A DNA stretch of 64,000 nucleotides from a virus, in the IMG/VR virus record IMGVR_UViG_3300045999_011735, positions 32,001-96,000 of that record. One strand, given 5' to 3'. The notes under the pieces are model-generated. The model saw only the letters and a list, made by a program, of their open reading frames with translations. It was not told the origin of the DNA and did not search any database. Positions 9,777 to 20,148 of the stretch are shown in pieces (the stretch's first letter is position 1; the number at the start of each line of letters is the position of its first letter). Both the position numbers and the translations under genes were made by a program.

Positions 9777-10799
9777 TTAGTAGTCTAATTTAACTTTAAT
9801 TAAGGCTTCCTTAGTAAAATCTTTAACTAATGGTCTACTTAATTTAGCAACCGCTAATAATTCATTTTGGTCGTTATATAAACCAACTGTTGTAATGAAT
9901 GTTTGTGGATTGTTAATTAACGTGGTGTAAATTAAATTACCATTACTATCTATGATTGAAGGGTTTGTTGTATAATTAAAGTCTTGGTTTTTAACTCTTG
10001 TAAAGAAATAATGTGATGATACATCTTCAGCTGATTGTAGAGCAAAATAAGCACTAGATGACATTGCTGTATAAAATTGAAACTGAATGTTACTATCAGT
10101 TCCAGGAGCAGCTACAGCTGGATTAAAGTTGATACCACCATTTGCTTGAGACTTAGATAATGCTGTTGGATTTAAAATGATAATATCATTATCTGGGAAC
10201 AAATATCCATAAATAGAAGCTGAAGCAGCAGCTGTATATTGTGTGCCACCACTACCACTAATTAAATTATAATATAATAAACCATTAGTTGTATAGTTAG
10301 TAGTAGAAGTAATTTGACTATCATCAGTTAAAGATATTTCGTAAGTAGTATTCTTTAATTTTAATGTCATAGAACCAGGTTGGATATGTTCCTTATATCT
10401 ATTTCTAGCTACGTTAATAACATATATACCATTTGGATTATCATTACCAAATTCAAAACTTCCACTTTCTGTCCCCAATAACAATGTTCTATATTGGCCA
10501 TAAACTACCCTAGTAGGTGTTATAGCAGAACCATCTGGTAAATTTGTAGTTACTGATGGGCTTATGTAATTGGAACCACTTCCGTATTTGTTGCCGTATT
10601 GTACGGCCATTTGTATAGAGGAAGAAGTAGAAGTTAAAGCACCTGGGTATTCACTATATACATTTAAATAGAATGAACTGGTGATTACACTAGAAGTAAA
10701 GAAAGTAGATAATACATTAGTATCACCACTCCACATTGGACGTACTACTGTTTCCGTACTTACTACTGAATCTTCTGGGTTATATCTTACGAATGACAT
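9777..10799 (-). CDS. Baseplate/tail structural protein
   Basis: S/T/N-rich beta protein; FNYTTNPS and TTVGLYN...LLAVAKL; structural context. Confidence 0.7.
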   Translation of the reverse strand: MSFVRYNPEDSVVSTETVVRPMWSGDTNVLSTFFTSSVITSSFYLNVYSEYPGALTSTSSSIQMAVQYGNKYGSGSNYISPSVTTNLPDGSAITPTRVVYGQYRTLLLGTESGSFEFGNDNPNGIYVINVARNRYKEHIQPGSMTLKLKNTTYEISLTDDSQITSTTNYTTNGLLYYNLISGSGGTQYTAAASASIYGYLFPDNDIIILNPTALSKSQANGGINFNPAVAAPGTDSNIQFQFYTAMSSSAYFALQSAEDVSSHYFFTRVKNQDFNYTTNPSIIDSNGNLIYTTLINNPQTFITTVGLYNDQNELLAVAKLSRPLVKDFTKEALIKVKLDY

Positions 10800-10810
10800 A
10801 TATTAATTTA

Positions 10811-11473
10811 TTAAGAATTTGTTTTTGTTATAGTTAACGGAATAGTAATTCTAGCACCACTATCTCTACCTAATACTGTAATTGTAGTTGATATTTGAGT
10901 TAAACTAGAACCAAACAATGTATTAATTGTAGTACCAGTTAATGTGAATGAAGTACCAATTAAAGTTTGGCTTACAGATGAACCAAGTGTTTGAGTAACA
11001 CCAGTTGCTGTAACTTCAGCACCTGCAACACCAGTTGAAGAGAATGTAGATAAGAATCTAACATCAGCTACTGTTATGGCATATCCATTGGCTTCAAAAG
11101 TACTTGTAGCACCTAAGTAGTTCAATGTTTGTGGAGTAATTGTAATTGTTGAACCTTGTCTTAAATTAATTGCATTGTATCCTACACTAATTACTGGTAA
11201 CTTAGCAGTACCTCTTGGTAATGTTACTAGCTTAAAGATCATGATTTGTGTATCATCTGGGAAAGCTTCAATTAAAGGCATTGCCTCAATAGCTTGACCA
11301 TAAAATGCAGACCCTGATGGATGTTGAGGGTTATACAAAGTATAGTCAACTTCATCGTCTGCTAATGAAAACTGTGTGATTTGGAACGACCCGTCGTTGC
11401 GAGCCATTAATTCCCTACCTTTAGCTGTTAAAACTGCATCAATTGTTACAGTATTGTTATTTAAAATAGCCAT
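10811..11473 (-). CDS. Virion structural protein (tail-collar-like N-terminus)
   Basis: DAVLTAKGRELMA...ITQFSLADDEVDY, resembling the LT..G...+A tail-fibre/collar start. Confidence 0.65.
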   Translation of the reverse strand: MAILNNNTVTIDAVLTAKGRELMARNDGSFQITQFSLADDEVDYTLYNPQHPSGSAFYGQAIEAMPLIEAFPDDTQIMIFKLVTLPRGTAKLPVISVGYNAINLRQGSTITITPQTLNYLGATSTFEANGYAITVADVRFLSTFSSTGVAGAEVTATGVTQTLGSSVSQTLIGTSFTLTGTTINTLFGSSLTQISTTITVLGRDSGARITIPLTITKTNS

Positions 11474-11521
11474 TCTTTTAATGTATTTTGATTATAAATA
11501 TTTAATTCTTGTGGATCTAGA

Positions 11522-14500
11522 TTATGTAGTTACACCAACTCCAACGTCTACTAACTGTTGATTTACGTTTCTATTTATGGTATCTATGTTAGCCATTACT
11601 GCTGGGCTAATGTTTTGTGGAATTATATAGCCATATGATGTTTTTCCTTCTGGTTTTGGAAAATCAAGTATTACACTTGTTTCATCTATAATGCGTTTTA
11701 TAAATAAAATTTTATAATATTGACTACATAAATTTCCAAAATAACCATCTATATCTTCATAAGTAACAAAGTATATAAATGATGTATTATTAGGACCAGC
11801 TACTGTAACTACACTTTTAACAGTATATTCTAGAATAGGACCGTTTGCGTTTGTGATTTGTATTACTATCTTATCGTTTGGTTCTAAAGAGAATGGATAG
11901 AAAATATCACCATAATCTTCATACAAACTACCATAAGAAGCAGATACTTGAGAATCTAAAGGATTAAAGAATAAAGAAGGTCCATAAAAATTAGATAAAT
12001 TATTATTTAAGTAAAAAGCATTTTGTGTTTGGTCTACACATACTTCTATATTATTAGCAATTAAATTTCCATTTGTAGGAACCACTTTAATGGATCCATA
12101 AGGATTTAAATAAGCCTGAGAAACACCACCAGAATCAATAAAAAATCTAAATTCCACTTTATCCCCAGGATTTACAGACCCCGTTGTATTTATATCTATT
12201 GATCTTCTAAATAAAAATGATTGATTTGCATTTCCCGTTACTGGAATAGAATCTATATTAGTATAATATGTTATGTTAAAAATATTACCCATAGTAGGAA
12301 TAGTAGGTAACTCTACCCAAATTATTCCTAAATAAACAAACTGATCATCTCCAAAACTTGGTACATATATCCTACCAGTTACGTCATATGCTCTAAATGT
12401 TTTATCACCTCCTGTAATAGAAATAGTATTTACAACTTGTCCAAAAACATTCACTTGACGTATGTCATATCCGTTAAGTAAAATAATATCAAAGACATCT
12501 TGGCTTGGAGTAAATGAATATTGATTATATCCATTTGGTAAATTTTCTAAAACAGCATTATAATATCCACCTTGATAAGCAACCGTTTGTTTATTTTGAT
12601 CTAAAAGAGTATAAGTACCTGTTGAACTACTTAACCACAATTCCATACTAGCTGTAAAAGTATTAGCAGGATTTATTATAGAAGCGGTTGTTTGGATATT
12701 AAAATCATAAGTAAATTGATAAATACCTTCAGCTGGTATTTGATAATATGAAGATGTTGAGTTAAAAGAAGTGCCACCAGGACCAGAACCTGTAAAGAAG
12801 TATCCTCCAAAACTAGTATTTGATCCTGTTATATTAAATAAATTCCACACTTCTTGCATATTAACAGTACCAGCAGCAGAATAACTTGATGACACATAAG
12901 GGGAACCAAGTTGCCCCACAGGCACTAAACTTCCTGAAGAAGCAAAAACAGTAAAGTAACGGTTAACTATGTTTGAAGAACTACCTACTACAGAATTAAA
13001 CACAGCAGATGCTGTCCAGTTTGCTGGGGCTGATTCTGAACCATAGGCATAAAATATTGGGAAATAACTATACCCACTTTCTGCTATAAGTTTATTTCCG
13101 TTAGTTTGAATTTGATTTCCAAATTTCTTAGGATCAAATAACGATACATTTAAAAAGTCTCCTGTTTCAAATGTATTTTGAACTTCCTCCCAGTTTCTAT
13201 TACGTAAGTTTAATTCTGTTAAACTACCACTTTCATTTACAAGGTATTTTAAAGTAGCATTAGTTTTATAGGGTAAATAACGGTTTTCTACCACTTCAGT
13301 AAATAAACCTAATTTTTTAACATTATAATTAATTACTGGGGATTGGCCATATGAGTTATCTCCCACAGACCATGTATTAAATTGTCTTCCATATAATTGA
13401 ACACCACTATATCTAGGACGTGTATATGCTGTTAAACTTAAATATGAATCTTGTAATTCAACAGATCCACTAATTGAATATGAGGTAAAGTTTCTTCCTA
13501 AAGCATCTGTAGATAAAATAGGTATTAATTTTTTTCTATACTCTGATGTTAAACTTACGTCAACATTATTTTGTAATACGTTAAAGTCAGAATTTAAAAA
13601 GAAGTTTTCTGGTCTAGGTGAATCATAATTTAATACGAAATCCGTATTTCCACTTATAAATCCTGGAGGAATATATCCAATAGTATTGTCTACTAAAAAT
13701 GGATTTCTATTATTTTCCTGAAAAACTAAATAAGTATCAAGAGAAGAACCAGGTATATTACCATTATAATAATCTGCTTTGTCTCCTGCTAAATAATAAT
13801 AGTACGGATCATAAACAGGTTCTAATGAAGCACTTTCTGGTGTAGCGGAAAATTCATTTGTTCTAAAGAATAAAGGTTGGTATTGAGCAACTTTAGGCCT
13901 TTCAAGTACAGGGGATTTAATAGAAACACCTGTCCAAGTATTACCTCTAGCAGGTGTAAAATCTTTGACCATTTTAAATAATGAATTGTCAAAGAATTGT
14001 ATTAATCTTATAAACCCACCATAATCAAATGGTTCATTAAATGTTTGTCCAAACCAGTATTCACGTTCATATGATAATGAAGGATATGTATTTAATTGTA
14101 AATCTCTTGGGTCTCCAATATAATCATCTAATATCCAATTAGGATTAATAGCAACAATTGAAGCTGATACGGCGGCATCAATTTGTGTTTCTGGTGAAAA
14201 CGAAACATCAATAAAATGTAAATCTTGGCTTTTAACAGCTCTAGATGATGTAGGTGATGTTTCTAATCGTTTGATTGGAGATAATACACTACCTGTAATG
14301 ATATTTGAACCAATATTAATTTTATCTGTAGTATATCCTTTTAATTCTTGAGAATCAGTCATTCCACCATATTCCTTAATAGGAAGAATAGAACCTGTAA
14401 TGCCAAATAATGTAATTAATCCTTCTAAACCACCATGTGCTCCTTTAGCTTTAAATAAATAAGGAAGATTATGGTATAAACGTTTGTAAGAATCTAATGT

Positions 14501-16117
14501 TAAATCTTTTCTTGGAACGTTGTTTAAGAAACTACTTGATGGTGAATAATCACCATTAAAGTCAACACTACCACTATATCCACCCACTTGGTAATCCAAC
14601 ACAGTTTGATCACCTTGCGAGTTATATAATTTCATTCCAAATGATTGTAACCAATCATATACTAAATCTTGAGAAATACCTCTATTAAGATTATTGTTAT
14701 TATCCCAAAGGTCTGTTAATTTATCAATATAGATCCAAACATTATCAAAATATTGACCTATCATATTGACAAATGTCAAATATGGGAGATAATTAGAAGG
14801 ATCGTCTGTAATATAAGACGGAATTGATCCTAATAAAATATCTTTATTATTAATATCATAAGCAACTGCTACTTCAGAAGCACTAAAAAACCAATTCTGT
14901 GCTGTTGATGATGCTGATGGGTATAATGTGTATGGTTGTGTAGAATTAGTTTTAGGATAAGGAGCAATATTGTATTCAAAGAATGATCCTGTTTCTAAAG
15001 TATATTCTACAATAGAAGATGTTAATGAACTTGAAGTATAATATAAGTAATACTCAAACCCATCAAACTTAGAAATTATTTCATTTATACTTGAACTAGC
15101 TCTAGTTACGGAAGAAACTAATGATGGATTACTAGCTGTTAAAGGAGAATTATTGTTAATTTCTGCTTGATAAGAGGTAATTTCACCTATTTTATACATG
15201 AAATTATACACCCTATTTTCAGCAGAACTGTAATGTATAAAGTCGTTTAAAACACTAAAATCTATATTAATATTAGTATTCTGGTTGTTAATTACATTTA
15301 AAACAACTTGATAATAAGATCCTGTAAGTGAAGAAACAAGTTGATTGTAATTATTATAAGGTGTAGGAACTACATTTTTTAATTCTAAATCAATATCAAA
15401 GTTAGGTCCTTTTAATCTAGGTTGAGGTGGAGGAGTAATTAATTTGTCTAAATTAAGATCAAATATATAAGGATTAACTATTTCCTCTACAACCCAAAAT
15501 GTATCTTTTAAAGCAATATTGTTAGGAAGTGGATTAGCTAATTTAAATAATATACTAGCATTTCCATCACTATCAACATCACTTACTGCATTAACGGCTA
15601 TTGATTGGTTATTACTTCCAAAGTTTAATATTACATAGTAATAGTAAGGAACAGTAGCTTGTCTTTGAGTAAAACTTGAAACTATTGAAAGTAATTGATC
15701 ATTCGTTAAGATGGTCGAATTTACTCTTACTTCAGTTCTATCGGTAGAAATCTGCTGGATAAATAGCTGGTTACTAAAAGGTTCACCTGATATTTTTCTA
15801 AAGAAATTATATCTAGTGGTTACTTCACCTGATTCATATCCTAAATTTCTAATATCTTGAATAGGGTCTATTTCAAGAACAGGAAGTAAACTTTGAGAAT
15901 ACCCAACATTAGAAGGTAACTTATATGATTGATAATTATAGTTTGTATTTAATACACTACCTCCAAGATCAAAAACATAAAACTCAATATAATCGTTAGA
16001 AGCACCAAACGTTTCTTGTTGTACACTAGGAAGTAATAATCTTTCATCCTGTAGTGGATAACGATTAATTATGTCTGTATTAAGAACTTCGCCTACTATA
16101 GTAATATTAGATGCCAT
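11522..16117 (-). CDS. Large baseplate wedge-like structural protein (1531 aa)
   Basis: MIGQYFD and YKRLYHNLPYLFKAKG...LITLFG...IKEYGG (wedge/tail protein I-like motif). Confidence 0.65.
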   Translation of the reverse strand: MASNITIVGEVLNTDIINRYPLQDERLLLPSVQQETFGASNDYIEFYVFDLGGSVLNTNYNYQSYKLPSNVGYSQSLLPVLEIDPIQDIRNLGYESGEVTTRYNFFRKISGEPFSNQLFIQQISTDRTEVRVNSTILTNDQLLSIVSSFTQRQATVPYYYYVILNFGSNNQSIAVNAVSDVDSDGNASILFKLANPLPNNIALKDTFWVVEEIVNPYIFDLNLDKLITPPPQPRLKGPNFDIDLELKNVVPTPYNNYNQLVSSLTGSYYQVVLNVINNQNTNINIDFSVLNDFIHYSSAENRVYNFMYKIGEITSYQAEINNNSPLTASNPSLVSSVTRASSSINEIISKFDGFEYYLYYTSSSLTSSIVEYTLETGSFFEYNIAPYPKTNSTQPYTLYPSASSTAQNWFFSASEVAVAYDINNKDILLGSIPSYITDDPSNYLPYLTFVNMIGQYFDNVWIYIDKLTDLWDNNNNLNRGISQDLVYDWLQSFGMKLYNSQGDQTVLDYQVGGYSGSVDFNGDYSPSSSFLNNVPRKDLTLDSYKRLYHNLPYLFKAKGAHGGLEGLITLFGITGSILPIKEYGGMTDSQELKGYTTDKINIGSNIITGSVLSPIKRLETSPTSSRAVKSQDLHFIDVSFSPETQIDAAVSASIVAINPNWILDDYIGDPRDLQLNTYPSLSYEREYWFGQTFNEPFDYGGFIRLIQFFDNSLFKMVKDFTPARGNTWTGVSIKSPVLERPKVAQYQPLFFRTNEFSATPESASLEPVYDPYYYYLAGDKADYYNGNIPGSSLDTYLVFQENNRNPFLVDNTIGYIPPGFISGNTDFVLNYDSPRPENFFLNSDFNVLQNNVDVSLTSEYRKKLIPILSTDALGRNFTSYSISGSVELQDSYLSLTAYTRPRYSGVQLYGRQFNTWSVGDNSYGQSPVINYNVKKLGLFTEVVENRYLPYKTNATLKYLVNESGSLTELNLRNRNWEEVQNTFETGDFLNVSLFDPKKFGNQIQTNGNKLIAESGYSYFPIFYAYGSESAPANWTASAVFNSVVGSSSNIVNRYFTVFASSGSLVPVGQLGSPYVSSSYSAAGTVNMQEVWNLFNITGSNTSFGGYFFTGSGPGGTSFNSTSSYYQIPAEGIYQFTYDFNIQTTASIINPANTFTASMELWLSSSTGTYTLLDQNKQTVAYQGGYYNAVLENLPNGYNQYSFTPSQDVFDIILLNGYDIRQVNVFGQVVNTISITGGDKTFRAYDVTGRIYVPSFGDDQFVYLGIIWVELPTIPTMGNIFNITYYTNIDSIPVTGNANQSFLFRRSIDINTTGSVNPGDKVEFRFFIDSGGVSQAYLNPYGSIKVVPTNGNLIANNIEVCVDQTQNAFYLNNNLSNFYGPSLFFNPLDSQVSASYGSLYEDYGDIFYPFSLEPNDKIVIQITNANGPILEYTVKSVVTVAGPNNTSFIYFVTYEDIDGYFGNLCSQYYKILFIKRIIDETSVILDFPKPEGKTSYGYIIPQNISPAVMANIDTINRNVNQQLVDVGVGVTT

Positions 16118-16460
16118 TATTTGCTAGTTGTTGTGTTAAATTTGCATTTTGGGTTTCTGCGTCTAATAATTGTTGTCTTAAATCAGTTATTTCTTGTAGT
16201 AAAGCTTGAACATCAACATCCTCAGCAAAAGTAACACCTAAATATTCTGCTTCTCTGTTTAATATATAAGTGTGTGAATTGATTTCTCCTTCTCTAGGTA
16301 TCTCAAAAAATAACTCATCATATAAAGCAAAAAATTCATCTATTGTTATTTCAGGAACCGTTGGTTCTGTAACACCTAATTCTCTAAATTGTGTGTCTAT
16401 AACTTTAGAGAATCTATTCTTGTCGTATATTGCACGTCTAACAGGAATATTTTCTGCCAT
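16107..16460 (-). CDS. Hypothetical structural-block protein with coiled-coil C-terminus
   Basis: Overlaps both neighbours; EIPREGEINSH motif. Confidence 0.6.
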   Translation of the reverse strand: MAENIPVRRAIYDKNRFSKVIDTQFRELGVTEPTVPEITIDEFFALYDELFFEIPREGEINSHTYILNREAEYLGVTFAEDVDVQALLQEITDLRQQLLDAETQNANLTQQLANNGI

Positions 16461-17548
16461 TATTTATTTATTTTAAATGTATATTGATTATCAAATACCA
16501 TTGTAGATCCATTAGAAAAAGTAGATTTAATTAATATCTTATAAAGTCTTTCAGGTTGAAGACCATTCATATATAAATTAAAATAGTTTCCGTTTGGATC
16601 ACAACTTACTTTAGTGTAGTTAACATCATAGTCTATAACATAATCTCCTGTATCTACGTCTTGAAGAGCATAATAAGAGGCAGATGGTAAAGCACTATTT
16701 AAAGTATAAACAGATACTGTTGTAAATTGTCTTGCAGGGTATATAGGTCTAGCGTTTACTCTAAACTGATATTTGGTATCTCTATCATATTGGCCTATAT
16801 TATTCCCTACAGTAACTGTGGTATTATTATTAGATAATACAGCTAAAGAACCAGTATTGTATACACTATCATTCCACCTAATTTCAAGTTGTGGAGGATA
16901 AATAGTATGGGTATCTTTAGAAAAGAATTTTAATGAATAAGATGATGAAGGATTAAATTCATATCCTGATTCCATTCTAACTAGGAAACCATCATTTTTA
17001 ACATTTAGATTATTAAAATTACCTACAATATCAGTAACTTCAATATCTGTATCTTTTGTACTATTAATAGCAAAAGATTGAGAATCTTCAAACAATGTGT
17101 ACCATGTTGCTCCTCCAGGGCTATCGTTTTGAAACGATGCCGTAGTATCAGCAGCAAAACTAGAAGTACGCCAATTATTAGTACTATTTCTTTGTTTCCA
17201 TGTACAATCTGTTGTTACCGATGGATCATATAAAAATCTACCTGTACCTACTTCCCAAGATTGAGAAACAGGATTAACAAATAATGTGTAATTATCTGGC
17301 AATTCAGTACCATCAGCAACGAATAATTTTAAAAATGCTTTGTAGTTCCCGGGACCACCAGCTTTAACAATAGTTTCTTGAATTTCTGAAAGAGGGAATT
17401 GAACTAGAATTCGTGATACCTGCGCATCGTTATTAGAAGATGATGGTTCATTTTGAATTTCTAATATTTGATCAAGCCCCGTATTCATTAGGGGATATGC
17501 GGAGTAAATAGTAGTGTCCTTTTCAGGATATATTTTATAGATGGCCAT
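16460..17548 (-). CDS. Virion structural protein (DNRLRE/carbohydrate-binding-like N-terminus)
   Basis: KDTTIYS...SRILVQF...SWEVGTG...PPQLEIRW. Confidence 0.55.
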   Translation of the reverse strand: MAIYKIYPEKDTTIYSAYPLMNTGLDQILEIQNEPSSSNNDAQVSRILVQFPLSEIQETIVKAGGPGNYKAFLKLFVADGTELPDNYTLFVNPVSQSWEVGTGRFLYDPSVTTDCTWKQRNSTNNWRTSSFAADTTASFQNDSPGGATWYTLFEDSQSFAINSTKDTDIEVTDIVGNFNNLNVKNDGFLVRMESGYEFNPSSSYSLKFFSKDTHTIYPPQLEIRWNDSVYNTGSLAVLSNNNTTVTVGNNIGQYDRDTKYQFRVNARPIYPARQFTTVSVYTLNSALPSASYYALQDVDTGDYVIDYDVNYTKVSCDPNGNYFNLYMNGLQPERLYKILIKSTFSNGSTMVFDNQYTFKINK

Positions 17549-17580
17549 CTATTAATTTATTTACAATAAATATAGAATTA

Positions 17581-19395
17581 TTAGAAAGTTACAACTCTAC
17601 CTTGGATATCCAAGTCAGGGAATCTAACCTCAAATATAGATGGATCTAACGAAGGATACAAAATATCATTTCTAATAGCACCCTGTACGTCATAACTGTA
17701 TGGAGAATAATTACCTCCTGAAAGATTTGTAAAGCTAAACTTTACAACTGACTGTACACCTTTAATTTGTAATAAAAGACCAGCAACATCTGATATAATA
17801 ACTGGCTGGTTAATTTGCCATTTATCTATATCAAAGTAGTCTTGTAGTGCTAAAATACAATCAGATAATATTTGTTGGTTACTTAACCCTGGAATAACTG
17901 TTATATCAAAGTTAATACCTATATTAATGTAAAAGGCATCTTTGATAGTAATAGCATCTGTAACCATTCTAAATGGTTGTAAGTATTCCTTTAAATTAGT
18001 TTTAAGATCAAGTGTAGCGTTTTCTAATTGTTTATTATCATTATAAGCTAAAATATACATTGATAAAGCAAGCGGGTTATTATCAATTAATGGGTCATTA
18101 CCTGCTTGAACCGATAAAGCGGATGCTTGTTCTACGTATACTTTAGCAATAGTACCAAATTGGGATGGCATACTTAAAGCACGAGTCATATAATCGTCTT
18201 TAGTTACTGATCTCAATTGGGCTGAAAATGCATTTAATGTATTCAAACGAATTTCTTCTACTGTATCTCCTCCTCTACCACCACTTGAAGGTATTGGATT
18301 AGTACAAACTAATGTAGTTAAAGAAGTATTTGTATTAGCAGGGTTTGTAGCTGTTATACCTGCTGTTGATAATATTTGTATAATATCTCCTGCTGGTAAA
18401 TTAGACTCAACACCTCCTCCTACTGTGTATTGAACATATAAACTAATATTAGCAGGTACAGTACCATACTGTTTAGTATAGAACACAGCAGCCTGATTGT
18501 AATTATTTACTAGGTCAGATGTATCTGCTGGTGGTATTAATCCAAGTTGAATTGTATTTGGGTTTGGAATAATAACATCATCAGGATCATTTACATACAT
18601 TCCTGAACCAAACTGTAATTCTACAATATCGTCTGTTTTAATTCTTGTAACATAACGATTTGGTGTTTGTAATAAACTTAATAAATAAGGAACTTTATCA
18701 ATATTAGCTCCCGTATTAACAGTTTTATTAATGATATTAGATTGAGCTAAATAAGGTACTTCATACCATACACTACTATCACTTCCTGTTACTTGTAATA
18801 CCTGTAAAAAGTTAGGTTCATTTAATTCAACTGAAGTGAACTTAACAGGTGCTCCAAAAGTAAAATTTGTACTTTTAATTTCAGCAGAAATTGCTCTTGT
18901 AGATTTTTTAAATAGATAATTACTTGCATTAAACAAACTAATTTCTACAGATCCAGTATCATTAAAATCTACTCTATCAACTGTTAAAAATTTAATACCT
19001 GTAGATACAGAAGCAAGTTGTGTATTTTCTGGGATTGTTAATGCATAGCTTAAATCAGGTTGACCTGCTACAATAGGTACTCTTTGGTAAAAGTCAATTG
19101 TAGTAACAGCAGCATAAGATGTTTTAGGGCGGTATCCTAATGAATAGGCCATGTTTAACAAATTCTGTTTTTCAACAGCCGTTAAAACAAAGTTTTCTTG
19201 AATTTGGGTATCAGTATAAAACGATAATACATCACCAACATAAGCAGCCATTTCAATAAACATCGTACCAGGGGATGCTTCTGAAAAGTCTGTATAAGTG
19301 TTTGGGAAATAATTTTTTGCAAACTCAATAAGGGAAGCCTTAAATTGAGTAAAATTCTTATTTAAATATGATATGTTTTTATTATTGTTTGCCAT
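17581..19395 (-). CDS. Baseplate wedge protein (T4 gp6 / baseplate J-like)
   Basis: YTDFSEASPGTMFIEMAAYVGDVLSFY, LGYRP, GGRGGDTVEEIR, QLRSVTKDDY. Confidence 0.9.
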   Translation of the reverse strand: MANNNKNISYLNKNFTQFKASLIEFAKNYFPNTYTDFSEASPGTMFIEMAAYVGDVLSFYTDTQIQENFVLTAVEKQNLLNMAYSLGYRPKTSYAAVTTIDFYQRVPIVAGQPDLSYALTIPENTQLASVSTGIKFLTVDRVDFNDTGSVEISLFNASNYLFKKSTRAISAEIKSTNFTFGAPVKFTSVELNEPNFLQVLQVTGSDSSVWYEVPYLAQSNIINKTVNTGANIDKVPYLLSLLQTPNRYVTRIKTDDIVELQFGSGMYVNDPDDVIIPNPNTIQLGLIPPADTSDLVNNYNQAAVFYTKQYGTVPANISLYVQYTVGGGVESNLPAGDIIQILSTAGITATNPANTNTSLTTLVCTNPIPSSGGRGGDTVEEIRLNTLNAFSAQLRSVTKDDYMTRALSMPSQFGTIAKVYVEQASALSVQAGNDPLIDNNPLALSMYILAYNDNKQLENATLDLKTNLKEYLQPFRMVTDAITIKDAFYINIGINFDITVIPGLSNQQILSDCILALQDYFDIDKWQINQPVIISDVAGLLLQIKGVQSVVKFSFTNLSGGNYSPYSYDVQGAIRNDILYPSLDPSIFEVRFPDLDIQGRVVTF

Positions 19396-19811
19396 TACTC
19401 AAAATTAACTGTTACTGTGTCTGTTTGTCCTGAAATTAGAATTTGATATATTATTTTAATAACTAAAGAATTACTAACATTATTTGGTTCTTGTGTAAAT
19501 TCTATATTATTAATTGATATTTCAGGAATATACACTTGAACACTGTCTCTAATACTATCTTCAATATCGCTAAAAGAGGCTTCAGTCATTGGGTTAAATA
19601 ACTGAGATCTTAAAGTTGTTCCAAAATTAGGATTGTCAATCCTTTCACCTTGGGAGGTTAATATTAGATTAATTAAATTATATTTCAATTGGTCTTTAGT
19701 TGAAAAAGTACTATAAAATACACCAGGAGCGTTAAACGGAAGTCTAACGCCTATTGCTGTGTTTCGCTGTAGATCTCTAGGATCAACTCTAGTACTTCTT
19801 ACGTAAGCCAT
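19395..19811 (-). CDS. Baseplate protein gp25-like
   Basis: NLINLILTSQGER...PNFGTTLRSQLF. Confidence 0.9.
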   Translation of the reverse strand: MAYVRSTRVDPRDLQRNTAIGVRLPFNAPGVFYSTFSTKDQLKYNLINLILTSQGERIDNPNFGTTLRSQLFNPMTEASFSDIEDSIRDSVQVYIPEISINNIEFTQEPNNVSNSLVIKIIYQILISGQTDTVTVNFE

Positions 19812-20137
19812 TATTGAACATTTCTAAAATTACTAACTTCACCTGGATTTTGTCTCATTTCTGCAGCAACTTGAGCCAGCATGTTTTGGTAAACATTTTG
19901 TTTTTGAGCTGGTGTAGTTGGTTTGGCTTGTGGCGCTCCTTGCATTCCCATTTGATCCATCAAACTTTGACGGAAAGCAGCAGGGTTAACATTTTTAGTA
20001 GTTAAATTAACTGTAGGCCATTCCTCAGTAGCAGCTAATGATTCCTGGATTTTTTGTTTGCCGATATTGGCTAGTTCTTCTTTCAAAACTTCCCTAACGG
20101 CTTCTTTAATTAGATTTTTTAAGTCTTGTGTTTTCAT
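19811..20137 (-). CDS. Hypothetical protein (LKNLIKEAVREVL N-terminus)
   Basis: Start preceded by ATATTTAT motif; N-terminal helix of a type common in large-phage head proteins. Confidence 0.6.
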   Translation of the reverse strand: MKTQDLKNLIKEAVREVLKEELANIGKQKIQESLAATEEWPTVNLTTKNVNPAAFRQSLMDQMGMQGAPQAKPTTPAQKQNVYQNMLAQVAAEMRQNPGEVSNFRNVQ

Positions 20138-20148
20138 ATCAATAAATA

